Origin: an uncultured Gemmatimonadaceae bacterium
GTDB lineage: Bacteria; Gemmatimonadota; Gemmatimonadetes; Gemmatimonadales; Gemmatimonadaceae
Assembly (NCBI GenBank): GCA_963761305.1
Contig: CAVXGK010000002.1
Coordinates: forward strand, 384,001-448,000
Direction of reading: 5' to 3'
DNA length: 64,000 bases
Shown: in pieces, positions 39,562 through 50,240 of the stretch
Position numbering within the stretch: the first letter of the stretch is position 1
Layout: the number at the start of each line of letters is the position of its first letter
Translations under genes and position numbers: made by a program
The notes under the pieces: generated by a model
What the model saw: the letters and a program-made list of their open reading frames with translations, nothing else
The model's database searches: none
What the model was told of the DNA's origin: nothing

Positions 39562-41069
39562 GCCTGGTGCGGGTTGTTCGAGTGAAAGAATGAGGCGATC
39601 ATCCCGGTTCCGAACGTGATCACCGTTCCGATCAGCACGTACCACGGATACGCGATCGTCGACAACGGCTTCAGGAATCCCGACCAAGACGGTACCGCGG
39701 CGCTGATCTGCTTGGCGAACACGATGAGACTCATCAGCGCGATGCCGACGCTCATCCCGAGAATCGCGTCCGGCTGGCGTGCTCGCCGCCAGAAGATAGC
39801 GAGGAAGAACCCGCCGAGCAGGGCTCCGTACGTGAACGACGCGATGGAAAGCGCGACGACCACGACCGGCGTCTTGGTGTTCGTGGGGAAGAGCAGCGCG
39901 CCGCCGGTGAGCACGACGCCCCACGCCAGGGCGAACCATCGTGCCACGCGGAGCGTGCGCGGATCGTCCGGCGAGCGTCGGGTGATCGGCAGGTAGATGT
40001 CATGCGTCGACGCGGCGGCGAGCGAGTTGATCGCGCCGGAATGCGTGCTCATCGTCGCGGCGAGCACGGCCGCGAGCAGCAGGCCGACGAGTCCGTGCGG
40101 CATCTTGTCGACGATGAACGTCGGGAAGATCGCGTCCGGCGTCGGGAACGTTTGACCGCCGTAGAGCGCCCACAGCCCAACGCCGAGCACCAGAAAGAGC
40201 GCGAACTGCACGATCACCGCGAAGCCGCTCCCGATCACGGCGGCTTGGGCGCCGCGGAGCGATTTCGCCGACAGCAGGCGCTGCACGATCAACTGGTCGG
40301 CGCCGTGTGACGCCATCGAGAGAAACGCGCCGCCGAGCAGGCCGGCGTACACCGTGTGCGGTTGGTCGAATCCCGTGTACCAACTGATGGCCTTGAGCTT
40401 TCCCGCTGCCGCCGCCGCCGGAAGAATCGCCGGCCAGCCGCCCGGCACGAGATGGCCGATCAACACGATCGCCGATGCGCCGCCCAACACGTACACCGAC
40501 GCCTGGACGATCTCCGTCCATACGACGGCGCGCATGCCGCCCCGGATCGTGTAGATGATGGTGAGCGTTCCGAGAACGAGGACCGCCACGGGCATCACGG
40601 CTTTCGCCGGCAGCAAGGGCCCGATGATGAGCGCGATCGGCACTGCGGTCGCGAACACGCGCACCGAGTCGGCCATGCCCCGCGTGACCATGAACACGAT
40701 CGACGCGAGCCGCCGCGTGGCGAGACCGAAGCGCTGCTCGAGCAACGCGTACGCGGTGACGAGGTTTCCCTCGTAGTAGCGCGGCAGCAACGTGTACGCG
40801 ACGACGATTCGTCCCAGCAGATAGCCGACCGCGATCTCGAGGAATCCGAGGTTGGTCGTGTAGGCGAGACCGGGGATGCTGATGAACGTGAGGGCGCTCG
40901 TCTCGCTGGCGACGATCGAGAACATCACGGCCCACCAGGGGATCTCGCGATCGGCGACGAAGTAGTCCTTCGCGTCCTTTTGACGGCGCCCGACCCAGAT
41001 GCCGAGCAGCGTCACGCCGAGGAGGTACGCGGCGATGACGACGAAGTCGAGCGCGTTCAGGCCGCGCAC
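39558..41069 (-). CDS. Sodium:solute symporter
   Basis: DYFVA, SETSALTFISIPG, GGMRAVVWT, GADQLIVQRLL. Confidence 0.93.
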   Translation of the reverse strand: MRGLNALDFVVIAAYLLGVTLLGIWVGRRQKDAKDYFVADREIPWWAVMFSIVASETSALTFISIPGLAYTTNLGFLEIAVGYLLGRIVVAYTLLPRYYEGNLVTAYALLEQRFGLATRRLASIVFMVTRGMADSVRVFATAVPIALIIGPLLPAKAVMPVAVLVLGTLTIIYTIRGGMRAVVWTEIVQASVYVLGGASAIVLIGHLVPGGWPAILPAAAAAGKLKAISWYTGFDQPHTVYAGLLGGAFLSMASHGADQLIVQRLLSAKSLRGAQAAVIGSGFAVIVQFALFLVLGVGLWALYGGQTFPTPDAIFPTFIVDKMPHGLVGLLLAAVLAATMSTHSGAINSLAAASTHDIYLPITRRSPDDPRTLRVARWFALAWGVVLTGGALLFPTNTKTPVVVVALSIASFTYGALLGGFFLAIFWRRARQPDAILGMSVGIALMSLIVFAKQISAAVPSWSGFLKPLSTIAYPWYVLIGTVITFGTGMIASFFHSNNPHQA

Positions 41070-41076
41070 GTGCTAC

Positions 41077-43008
41077 TCAGCGTCCCCCTCCGTCCACCAC
41101 GTACGCCTCCATCGCGAAATATTCGGCCAATCCAAGCCGATCCAGCTCGGCGGCGGTGCCCTTGTTGCGCGCTTCGACGCGCTGCCAGAACTCGCGCTCG
41201 TCATAGCCGCCGGGGAAGGGCGCCGAATCCTTCTGTGATTGATGCTTGAAGATCGCTTGAATCTTGAGTCGCAGCTCTTCCTGCGACAACGGGACGAGGA
41301 ACGTCGCCTCATAGATCGGCCACTCCTGCCACGCGCCGCGATAGAGCCAGACCTCGGGCCGCGCGAACGTCAGCTCGTCGAGCGCGCCGTCGATCGCTTC
41401 CTTGCACATGCGGTGCGTGCCGTGGGGATCGGACAGATCGCCGGCGACGAAGATCATGTCCGGCTGCATTTCCTCGAGCAGCGCGCGAACGATCGCCACG
41501 TCCTCCGGTCCGATCGGATCCTTGCGAACCTGGCCCGTCTGATAGAACGGCAGATTGAGAAAGCGCGCCGCGCTCCGCGGGAGGCCGACGGTCTCGAGCC
41601 CGCTCACCGCTTCCGTCTCGCGGATGATGCGCTTGAGCGCCTGCACGTCGGGCGTGTCCACCTCGCCTGGTGTTTTGTTCTCCAGCGAGCTGGCCACGCC
41701 GTCGACGAGCCGGTCCACTTTGCCGTGATCGATCCGCTCTTCGGAGGCGAGTCGCGCGAGGAAGTCGGCGTACCGCCGGACGTCGTGATCGAACACCGCG
41801 ATGTTGCCGCTGGTCATGTACGCGACGGCGATCTCGTTGTCGTTCTCGACGAGCTTGCGCAGGATGCCGCCCATCGAAATCACGTCGTCGTCCGGGTGCG
41901 GCGAGAAACACACGATGCGCCGGCCGATGGGCAGCTTCGACTTGCCGCGGATCTTGGCGCCGAGCATGTTGAACACCTTGCCGTTCACGTCGCCCGGCGA
42001 ACCGAATTTCGCGACGAGCGACGACATGCGGGCGTCGGCGTAGTCGCGCTGCGTGAGCTTGAGGATCGCCTTGTTCGTGCGCTGCGAGAGCCAGATCACG
42101 GCGCGAACCATCAGGTCCGGCGTCCAGCGCACCTCGTCGACCAGCCAGGGCGTCTTGATCCGCGTCAACTCGGCGGCGGCGGCGAGGTCGATGTAGAACG
42201 TCGTGTTCGGATGCCGCTGCAGGAACGTCGCCGCGACTTCCATGTCGACCTCGCCCTCGACCGCGCGCTCGACGATCGCCGCCTTGTGCTCCCCCGTGGC
42301 GATGATCGCGATCTCGCGCGCCGCGAGGATCGTCGCGACGCCCATCGTGATCGCTTCGCGCGGGACGTAGTCCTCGCCGAAAAAGTCGGCGGCGGCGTCC
42401 TTTCGCGTGATGGCGTCGAGCGTGACGAGGCGGGTGTGGCTGTCGGCGCCGGACCCCGGCTCGTTGAAGCCGATGTGTCCCGTCTTGCCGATCCCGAGGA
42501 TCTGAAAGTCGATGCCGCCGGCCTCCTCGATGGCCGTTTCGTAGGCGCGCGTCGCGTCGGCGATTCGCTCGCGCGGCATGTCGCCGGGCGGGATGTGGAC
42601 GCACGTCGGGTCGATGTCGACGTGCGAGAACAGGTTCTCCCACATGAACCGGTAGTAGGAGTGGATGCTGTCCTTCGGCATCGGGTAGTACTCGTCGAGA
42701 TTGAACGTTTCGACGCAGGCGAAGCTCAGCCCTTCATCGCGATGCATCCGAATGAGCTCGCGATAGATCCCGATCGGGGTAGACCCGGTGGCCAGCCCCA
42801 GCACGGCTCGCTCGCCGGCCGCATTCTTTTCGCGAATCAGCTCGGCGATGCGCAGCGCGACGAGCTTGGCAATGTCGTCGTGGTCGCCGGCGATGACGAC
42901 GCGGATGCGCTCGCGTGGAACGTGGGGCGCGCTTCCCGGGGACGACGAAGGGGAGGCCGCGCGACCGAATTCGTCGTGGGCCTCCCCTCGTACGGCCGCC
43001 GGATTCAC
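41077..43008 (-). CDS. nagB: Glucosamine-6-phosphate deaminase fused to a PIG-L/LmbE-like domain (start uncertain)
   Basis: LGLATGSTP, FNLDEYY, GHIGFNEPG; C-terminal PHPDDD and DPHGTH. Confidence 0.92.
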   Translation of the reverse strand: MNPAAVRGEAHDEFGRAASPSSSPGSAPHVPRERIRVVIAGDHDDIAKLVALRIAELIREKNAAGERAVLGLATGSTPIGIYRELIRMHRDEGLSFACVETFNLDEYYPMPKDSIHSYYRFMWENLFSHVDIDPTCVHIPPGDMPRERIADATRAYETAIEEAGGIDFQILGIGKTGHIGFNEPGSGADSHTRLVTLDAITRKDAAADFFGEDYVPREAITMGVATILAAREIAIIATGEHKAAIVERAVEGEVDMEVAATFLQRHPNTTFYIDLAAAAELTRIKTPWLVDEVRWTPDLMVRAVIWLSQRTNKAILKLTQRDYADARMSSLVAKFGSPGDVNGKVFNMLGAKIRGKSKLPIGRRIVCFSPHPDDDVISMGGILRKLVENDNEIAVAYMTSGNIAVFDHDVRRYADFLARLASEERIDHGKVDRLVDGVASSLENKTPGEVDTPDVQALKRIIRETEAVSGLETVGLPRSAARFLNLPFYQTGQVRKDPIGPEDVAIVRALLEEMQPDMIFVAGDLSDPHGTHRMCKEAIDGALDELTFARPEVWLYRGAWQEWPIYEATFLVPLSQEELRLKIQAIFKHQSQKDSAPFPGGYDEREFWQRVEARNKGTAAELDRLGLAEYFAMEAYVVDGGGR

Positions 43009-43009
43009 A

Positions 43010-43366
43010 CTAGGCCGAGAACGAACTTCCGCAGCCGCAGCCGCCGGTTGCGTTCGGGTTCTTGAACGTGAATCCTGATCCTTGCATCGACGAGACATAG
43101 TCGATGATCACACCGTTCATGTACTGGGCCGAGAAGGGGTCGACGAACACGTTCCACTCGCCCTGGGAAAGGACGAAGTCGTCTTCCGCCGGCTCGTCCT
43201 CGATCAGGAGGCCGTACTTGAAGCCGCTACAGCCGCCGGGCTGGACGCTCACACGCAGGCCGCCCTTGGCCGGATCGACGCCTTCCTGCGTCATGAACTT
43301 GCTGACCTCGGTGGCGGCGACCGGGGTCACGGTCACCATCACTTCGGGCTGATTCATCGTGCTCAT
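43010..43366 (-). CDS. HesB/IscA/ErpA A-type Fe-S carrier
   Basis: GGCSGFKY and NPNATGGCGCGSSF. Confidence 0.95.
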   Translation of the reverse strand: MSTMNQPEVMVTVTPVAATEVSKFMTQEGVDPAKGGLRVSVQPGGCSGFKYGLLIEDEPAEDDFVLSQGEWNVFVDPFSAQYMNGVIIDYVSSMQGSGFTFKNPNATGGCGCGSSFSA

Positions 43367-43552
43367 CTGGAGCCTCCGAATGGAGCGGCCAAGTCAAATC
43401 GGCCGAGAGACATACACTCTGAAATAATAGTGGATCCTACAAGGGGCGGACAGGTGGAGGGGGGCACAGGTGGACGGGAACCCAACGCTCCACCGGCCGG
43501 GCTACGATTGGCGTTCCCCTTTTCTCGCCCTACATTCGAGCTCGGAATGGCC

Positions 43553-45414
43553 TTAGTCCGCCGCCATGGACATCGCGTCTTTGGCGGCCAGGGCAGGCGG
43601 GGGGGCCTCGTTCCGGAACGCGCGAGCGATCCACGCGAAAGCGACCGCCGCCAGGGCGAGCAGCACGAGCCCGTTGCCCCACTCCCCAAAGACGATCTTT
43701 CCGATCCCGAACAACGTCGAGTACACGGCGACGATCCCCGCCACCCAGTTCGTCCAGGCCAGCGCGCCACCCGGAATCGACTCTCGGCCATAGCCGAGCG
43801 CGCGTCGAGACTCGCACCCAGCCGGGACCGCCGGGACGGACGCGCTCGTAGAACGACGCGAGCACGGCATCCGATTCCGGCGCCGTCATGAAGGTCACGC
43901 TGAGCCACACGATCGTGCTCGCCGCGACCGTGATGAGCATGATCACCGAGTCGGTACGCGGATCGTCGGCGGGAAACCATCGGCCCGGCACAATCCGGAA
44001 GCAGATCAGCGAGATCGCGAACGACGCGAGCATCGAGCTGATCTCTGACCACGCATTGATCCGCCACCAGTACCAGCGCAGAATGAGCACCAGGCCGGTG
44101 CCGGCGCCGATCGCGAGAAGGAATTTCCACGCGCCCTCGACCGACGACAGTTGCCACGTGACGAGCGTCGACAGCAGGAACAGCACGACCGTCGCCAACC
44201 GCGACACGCTGACGTAGTGCTTCTCGCTCGAGTCGGGCTTCAGGAATCGGCGATAGACGTCGTTCACCAGATACGACGCGCCCCAGTTGAGCTGCGTCGC
44301 CACGGTGGACATGTACGCGGCGGCGAATCCGGCCATCATGAACCCGCGCCATGGCGTCGGCAGCAGATCCACGAACGACTGCACGTAGGCCGCTTCGTGA
44401 TCGTGATTCGGACCGATGCCGTTCGGGTAGAGGATCACCGTCGCCAGGCCGGTGATAATCCATGGCCAGGGACGCAGCGCGTAGTGCGCCACGTTGAAGG
44501 CGAGCGTCGCCAACACGCCGTCACGCTCCGTACGCGCGGAAAAGATTCGCTGCGCGACGTATCCGCCGCCGCCGGGCTCAGCACCGGGATACCACGCCGC
44601 CCACCACTGCACCCCGAGGAACACGCCGAGTGTGAGAATCGGCATCCAGGCGTACGCCGTGATTCCGTTCGCGCCGAAGGAGATCGGAAGCACGGAGAGC
44701 GCGGCGGTCTCGCTCCCGAAGTGCGTCACGAGCTTGCTCTTGAGCATGTCCATACCGCCCACGGCCCGCACCGCGAACACGGCGAGCACGATCACCGCCG
44801 TCATCTTGATCACGAACTGGACGAGATCGGTCCACAGGACGGCCCACATCCCCGCGGCCACAGAGTACGCCATCGTGATGATGAAACAGATGCCGACGGC
44901 GACGACCTCGCCGGAGATCGTCATCCCGCCGATCTGTACCGGATGCAAGCCGAGCGAGATCGTGAGGATCTTGATCATCGCGCGAGTCACCCAGCCGAGG
45001 ATGATCAGGTTGATCGGGATGCCGAGGTAGAGGGCCCGGAACACGCGCAGTGTCGCCGCCGGCTTGCCGCTGTACCGCACCTCCGCGAATTCGACGTCCG
45101 TCATCACGTTCGCTCGCCGCCAGAGCCGCGCAAAGAAGAACACGGTGAGCATGCCGCTCATCAGGAAGTTCCACCACAGCCAGTTGCCCGCGACGCCGTG
45201 CGCCGACACCAGACCCGTCACGACCAAGCGGCGTGTCGGCGGCGAAGGTCGTGGCGACCATCGACGCTCCGGCCAGCCACCATGGCACGGCGCGTCCCGA
45301 GATGAAGTACTCGCTCAGACTCTCGCCGCCGCGCTTGGTGAACGCGAAGCCGATGCCCGCCGAGAGGAGGAAGTACGCGGCGACGATGGCCCAATCGATC
45401 GGAGCGATGTTCAT
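43553..45414 (-). pseudogene. Sodium:solute symporter with two +1 frameshifts
   Basis: N-terminus (ATTFAADTPL), body and C-terminus lie in different frames; switches at about 45227 and 43803. Confidence 0.85.
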
Positions 45415-46631
45415 CGATGCGGACGGGAAGGAGGAGACTGATGGTGCCGGTCGAACTCGGCGACGACCGAATCGGCGAGCTGGCGGCGAACTTCGGTGAT
45501 CTTGTTGTTGTTTCGCGTCGGGTCGACGCGGTTGCTCAGCAAGACGACGAACAGGTCGCGCGACGGGTCAATCGCGATCGAGGTGCCGGTGAATCCCGTG
45601 TGCCCGAACGCCCGCGTCGACATGAAGTGTCCGGCCCACGCGGATGACGGGCTGGCGAATTTCATCCCGGGAAGGTCGGGCTTTTGCCAGCCGATGCCAC
45701 GGTTCGAAAACGTCGAGTCGGTGTACGCGGTGAACTGTGCGATCGTCGCGGGCTGTACGATTCGCACGCCGTCGAGCTCACCACCATTGAGATACATGCG
45801 CGCGAGCCGCGCGAGATCATGTCCGGAGCTGAATATTCCGGCGTGTGCCGAAACCCCGCCCAGGTAGTAGGCACGCTCGTCGTGCACCTTGCCGCGCACC
45901 AGACCGCCGCGGCGCGGGTCGAATTCGGTCGGCGCGATGCGCGGGAGGAGCGACGCGGGCGGCTTGTACATCGTCTCGTCCATCTTGAGCGGCACGAAGA
46001 CATGCTCGTGGACGTACGCGTCGAGCGTCTGTCCCGTGATCCGTTCGACGAGCTTGCCGAGCATGTAGGCGCCGATGTCGCTGTAGACCATGCGGACGCC
46101 GGGCAGCGTGTCGAGCGGCGTCGAGAACATGAGCTTCGCGAGGCTGTCGGGGTCGTGCGTGATCTCGTCGTACGCCTTGAACGCCGGGAGCCCCGATGTG
46201 TGCGTGAGCAGATTGCGAACGGTCACGCGGCTCTTGTTGGGGCCGGTCCACTCGGGGATGTATCGTTGGAGCGGCGCGTCGAGATCGACGCGGCCTTGTT
46301 CGACCAGTTGCATCATCGCCGTCGTGAGTCCGACGACCTTGGTGAGCGACGCGAGATCCCACAGCGTGTGTTCGTCAGGCTTCGGCGTGGGTGCCCAATC
46401 GAGCTGGCCGACGCCATATTCGGCGAGGATGCCTGCGCGCGTTCCGACGACGGCGAACGCGCCGGGGAAGGCGCTGTCGGCGCGAGCGCGGTTGAGCACG
46501 TCCTCGATGCGGCGTTGAATGGCCGCGACGAGTGAAGGCGATGCGCCCGATGGCGCCGGAGCCGGTTGCGTCATCCCGGAACGGCACGCGGCAACGGTGA
46601 CGAGAAGCGCGAGGATCGTGAGGCGATGCAT
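45411..46631 (-). CDS. Beta-lactamase-fold serine hydrolase lipoprotein (AmiE-like)
   Basis: SLTK, LLTHTSG, YSD, GHTGFTG; lipobox VAAC. Confidence 0.9.
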   Translation of the reverse strand: MHRLTILALLVTVAACRSGMTQPAPAPSGASPSLVAAIQRRIEDVLNRARADSAFPGAFAVVGTRAGILAEYGVGQLDWAPTPKPDEHTLWDLASLTKVVGLTTAMMQLVEQGRVDLDAPLQRYIPEWTGPNKSRVTVRNLLTHTSGLPAFKAYDEITHDPDSLAKLMFSTPLDTLPGVRMVYSDIGAYMLGKLVERITGQTLDAYVHEHVFVPLKMDETMYKPPASLLPRIAPTEFDPRRGGLVRGKVHDERAYYLGGVSAHAGIFSSGHDLARLARMYLNGGELDGVRIVQPATIAQFTAYTDSTFSNRGIGWQKPDLPGMKFASPSSAWAGHFMSTRAFGHTGFTGTSIAIDPSRDLFVVLLSNRVDPTRNNNKITEVRRQLADSVVAEFDRHHQSPPSRPHR

Positions 46632-47933
46632 GCTCAACGTTGGCTGATGATGGCTGTCCTCGGCGGTGCGGCGGCATGTACCCACGCCGCGCCGACGACC
46701 ACGCCCGCTCCCGGAAACGCGGCGGCGAACGCGCCGGCGACCCACGTTCGCCCCGGCATCACCGTTCTGCTCGATGACAGCCTCGGCGTCGTGCGCGGAA
46801 AGCGAATCGCGCTGCTCACGAACCAGACGGGCATCGACGAGCACGGCGTGTCGGACATCGAGGTGCTGCGCGATTCGCGCGCCCGCGCGGCCGGCGTGCA
46901 GCTGGTGCGGCTGTTCTCGCCCGAGCACGGCATTCGCGGCACGGAGGACAGAGAGCACCTCGAGAGCGGGGTCGACGAGCGGAGCGGGCTCCCGGTGCAT
47001 TCGCTCTACACCGAGACCGCGATTGCGCCGCCGGACAGCTTGCTCACCGATCTCGACGCGCTCGTCTTCGACCTCCAGGACGTGGGCACTCGAACGTGGA
47101 CCTACGTCGGCTCGCTGATCTACGCCATGCGCGCCGCGGCGCGGCGCCACCTGCCGATCATCGTCCTCGACCGGCCCAATCCGATCACCGGCAACCACGT
47201 TGACGGGCCCATGCTCGACTCCGCGTTGGCGAATCCCAATGAGCAAAGCCCGCGGCGACCGGCGAAGCCGTACGCATTATACCCGTTCCCATTGCGGCAT
47301 GGAATGACGATGGGCGAGCTCGCGCGCTTCTACAACGAGACACTCGGCATCGGCGCGGCACTGCACGTCATTCCGGTTTCGGGATGGAACCGCGCGATGT
47401 GGTTCGACGAGACGGGACTTCCGTGGGTGCGTCCGTCGCCGAATCTGCCGACGCTCACCAGCGCGCTCGTCTACCCCGCGCTCGTCGCTCTCGAGGGAAC
47501 GAACGTGTCGGTGGGGCGGGGAACGGCCGACGCGTTTCAACGGTTCGGCGCGCCGTGGATGAACGCGTCGGAAGTCGCATCGCTGCTCAACGGCCGCCGC
47601 CCGCCGGGCGTGCGGTTCGACGTCGATTCGTTCACACCGGTGAATCCGGGCGACGGCAAATACGGCGGCAAACGCATCCCCGGCGTCCGCGTCGTCGTGA
47701 CCGACAGGAATGCGGTGCAACCTGGACATTTGAGCGCGCAGATCTTGTGGGCGCTGTCTCGCGTGAACCGTGATTCGCTGCGCATCAGCGACGCGACGTT
47801 CGACGAGCGCTTCGGCAGCTCGGCGATGCGGCAGGCCGTGCTCGCCGGCGATGATCCCGACCGGGTCGTGGATGGCGGACGCGCCGCCGTGAACGCGTTC
47901 CAAGCCTCAGCTCGGCGTTTTCTGTTGTACTGA
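46626..47933 (+). CDS. namZ: DUF1343 exo-beta-N-acetylmuramidase NamZ family lipoprotein
   Basis: LTNQTG, FSPEHG, FDLQDVG, LDRPNP, RHGMTMGE, PSPN; lipobox AAAC. Confidence 0.9.
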   Translation: MHAQRWLMMAVLGGAAACTHAAPTTTPAPGNAAANAPATHVRPGITVLLDDSLGVVRGKRIALLTNQTGIDEHGVSDIEVLRDSRARAAGVQLVRLFSPEHGIRGTEDREHLESGVDERSGLPVHSLYTETAIAPPDSLLTDLDALVFDLQDVGTRTWTYVGSLIYAMRAAARRHLPIIVLDRPNPITGNHVDGPMLDSALANPNEQSPRRPAKPYALYPFPLRHGMTMGELARFYNETLGIGAALHVIPVSGWNRAMWFDETGLPWVRPSPNLPTLTSALVYPALVALEGTNVSVGRGTADAFQRFGAPWMNASEVASLLNGRRPPGVRFDVDSFTPVNPGDGKYGGKRIPGVRVVVTDRNAVQPGHLSAQILWALSRVNRDSLRISDATFDERFGSSAMRQAVLAGDDPDRVVDGGRAAVNAFQASARRFLLY

Positions 47934-48193
47934 TTTGCGGCCAACGACAAACGTGGCGCGGCAGGTCGCGGCGAACAGCGCGGTAACAATTCCGGTTCCG
48001 GGGTATTCAACGGGGACGACCGCGACGCTCAGAGGCAGTCACGTTCGACGGTGCGGGGACCCATTTGCGTACCAACGTCACACCGAACGGAACGGTCAGC
48101 TTCCAGGCGCCGTAGTACGGTTGAGTCGATCGAGGCGCACCTGAGCGGCTGTTTGGTTGCTACAAGTGTCTGGAAAGGCTACTTTTACGCCCA

Positions 48194-48889
48194 ATGAAGA
48201 TTCTTCCGGACTGGCTCCAGAACGGATATCTCAGAGTCATTGATCCGGTTGCCAACTGGCTGGTCCGTCGCGGTGTGCATCCCAACACGATCACCGCCGT
48301 TGGCACCGTGTGTACCGTCGCCGGCGGCGTCATCTACGGCTTCGGGCACATCCGGACCGGCGGATTCTTCCTGTCCGCCACCGCCCTGTTCGACGTTCTG
48401 GACGGCACGGTCGCCCGGCGCTCAAACAAGAGCTCGACGTTCGGTGCGTTTCTCGACTCGACGCTCGACCGCGTCGCCGACGGTGCGGTGCTTGGCGGAC
48501 TCGCCGTTTTCTACGCGCTTAGCCCGCGATTCCATTCGGTCCCGATGGTTGTCGTGTGCCTCGCCGGAATGATCGGGGCGTTTCTCACGTCGTACATCCG
48601 CGCCCGCGCCGAAGCGCTCGGGCTGGATGCGAAAGTCGGCCTGCTTCAGCGGCCAGAACGTTCCGTGTTGCTCGCCGCCCCGCAGGCCCTGTTCGGGCTC
48701 GTGCTCAACGGCTGGGTGTTGGACCTCATCCTGGTTTTCCTCACCGTGACGGCGTGGATCACCGTCGTGCAGCGGACAAAGTTCGTGTACGACCAGACGA
48801 ACGACCGCGCCGACGCTCCCCCGTTGCCGCTCACCACTGAAAAGTCCTTCTGGCTGCGTCGCCGTGGTCGTACCGGCACGCGTCATTAG
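48194..48889 (+). CDS. CDP-alcohol phosphatidyltransferase, probable phosphatidylinositol phosphate synthase
   Basis: PNTIT, DVLDGTVAR...GAFLDSTLD, SYIRARAE; adjacent to ino1. Confidence 0.88.
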   Translation: MKILPDWLQNGYLRVIDPVANWLVRRGVHPNTITAVGTVCTVAGGVIYGFGHIRTGGFFLSATALFDVLDGTVARRSNKSSTFGAFLDSTLDRVADGAVLGGLAVFYALSPRFHSVPMVVVCLAGMIGAFLTSYIRARAEALGLDAKVGLLQRPERSVLLAAPQALFGLVLNGWVLDLILVFLTVTAWITVVQRTKFVYDQTNDRADAPPLPLTTEKSFWLRRRGRTGTRH

Positions 48890-48909
48890 CACGACAGGAG
48901 ATTGAATTC

Positions 48910-50223
48910 GTGGCATCGCCCACTATCCGTCCTGCCACCGGCACGCTCGGCATTCTGACGCCCGGGCTCGGTGCCGTCGCAACGACGTTCATGGCCGGCG
49001 TCGAGAGCATCCGCCGCGGCCATGCCAAGCCGATCGGCTCGCTCACGCAGATGGCGACGATCCGGCTCGGCAAACGCACCGACAACCGCGCGCCGGTGAT
49101 CAAGGACTTCGTGCCGCTGGCGCCGCTCGACAACCTCGTGTTCGGCGCCTGGGATCCGATTCCCGACGACGCGTATACGGCGGCGAAGAAGGCCGGCGTG
49201 CTCGAGGAGCGCGACCTCGCCCCGGTGTCGAAGTTCCTGGAGGGCATCAAGCCGATGCCGGCGGTCTTCGACAACAAGTACGTCACGCGCATCCACGGCG
49301 AGAACGTGAAGAAGGGGAAGTCGAAGCGCGACCTGGCCGAGCAGCTGCGGCAGGACATGCGCGACTTCAAGGCGAAGCACAAGTGCGATCGCCTGGCGAT
49401 CGTCTGGTGCGCGTCGACCGAGATCTTCATCAAGCCGGGCCCGCAGCACGCGACGATCCAGCAGTTCGAGCGGGCGATGGAGCAGAACGACGAAATGATT
49501 TCGCCGGCGATGCTCTATGCGTGGGCCGCGATCATGGAAGGCGTGCCCTACTGCAACGGCGCTCCGAACCTCGCCGTCGACACACCGGCCCTTCAGGCGC
49601 TGGCCAACGAACGCGGCGTGCCGATCTCGGGCAAGGACTTCAAGACCGGCCAGACGTGGATGAAGACGGTCATCGCGCCCGGACTCAAGGCGCGCATGCT
49701 CGGCCTCGCCGGCTGGTACTCGACGAACATTCTTGGCAACCGAGACGGCGAGGTGCTTGACGACCCCGCTTCGTTCAAGACGAAGGAAGAGTCGAAGCTC
49801 AGCGTGCTGCACACGATCCTGCAGCCGGAGACCTATCCCGATCTGTACAAGGACTTCTCGCACGTCGTGCGGATCAACTACTACCCGCCGCGCGGCGACA
49901 ACAAGGAAGGCTGGGACAACATCGACATCATCGGGTGGATGGGTTACCCGATGCAGATCAAGGTGAACTTCCTCTGCCGTGATTCGATCCTCGCCGCGCC
50001 GATCGTGCTCGACCTGGCGCTCTTCTCCGACTTCGCTCATCGCGCGGGGATGAAGGGCATTCAGGAATGGTTAAGCTTCTATTACAAGTCGCCGATGGCC
50101 GCTCCGGGACTGCAACCGGAACACGATCTTTTCATCCAGCAGACGAAGCTCAAGAACACGCTTCGGCACCTGATGGGTGAGGAGCAGATCACTCACCTCG
50201 GGCTGGAGTACTACCAGTCGTAA
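48910..50223 (+). CDS. ino1: myo-inositol-1-phosphate synthase
   Basis: GKDFKTGQT, NILGNRDG, YYPPRGDNKE, CRDSILAAP. Confidence 0.95.
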   Translation: MASPTIRPATGTLGILTPGLGAVATTFMAGVESIRRGHAKPIGSLTQMATIRLGKRTDNRAPVIKDFVPLAPLDNLVFGAWDPIPDDAYTAAKKAGVLEERDLAPVSKFLEGIKPMPAVFDNKYVTRIHGENVKKGKSKRDLAEQLRQDMRDFKAKHKCDRLAIVWCASTEIFIKPGPQHATIQQFERAMEQNDEMISPAMLYAWAAIMEGVPYCNGAPNLAVDTPALQALANERGVPISGKDFKTGQTWMKTVIAPGLKARMLGLAGWYSTNILGNRDGEVLDDPASFKTKEESKLSVLHTILQPETYPDLYKDFSHVVRINYYPPRGDNKEGWDNIDIIGWMGYPMQIKVNFLCRDSILAAPIVLDLALFSDFAHRAGMKGIQEWLSFYYKSPMAAPGLQPEHDLFIQQTKLKNTLRHLMGEEQITHLGLEYYQS

Positions 50224-50240
50224 GACGAGGAGAGCCGGCG

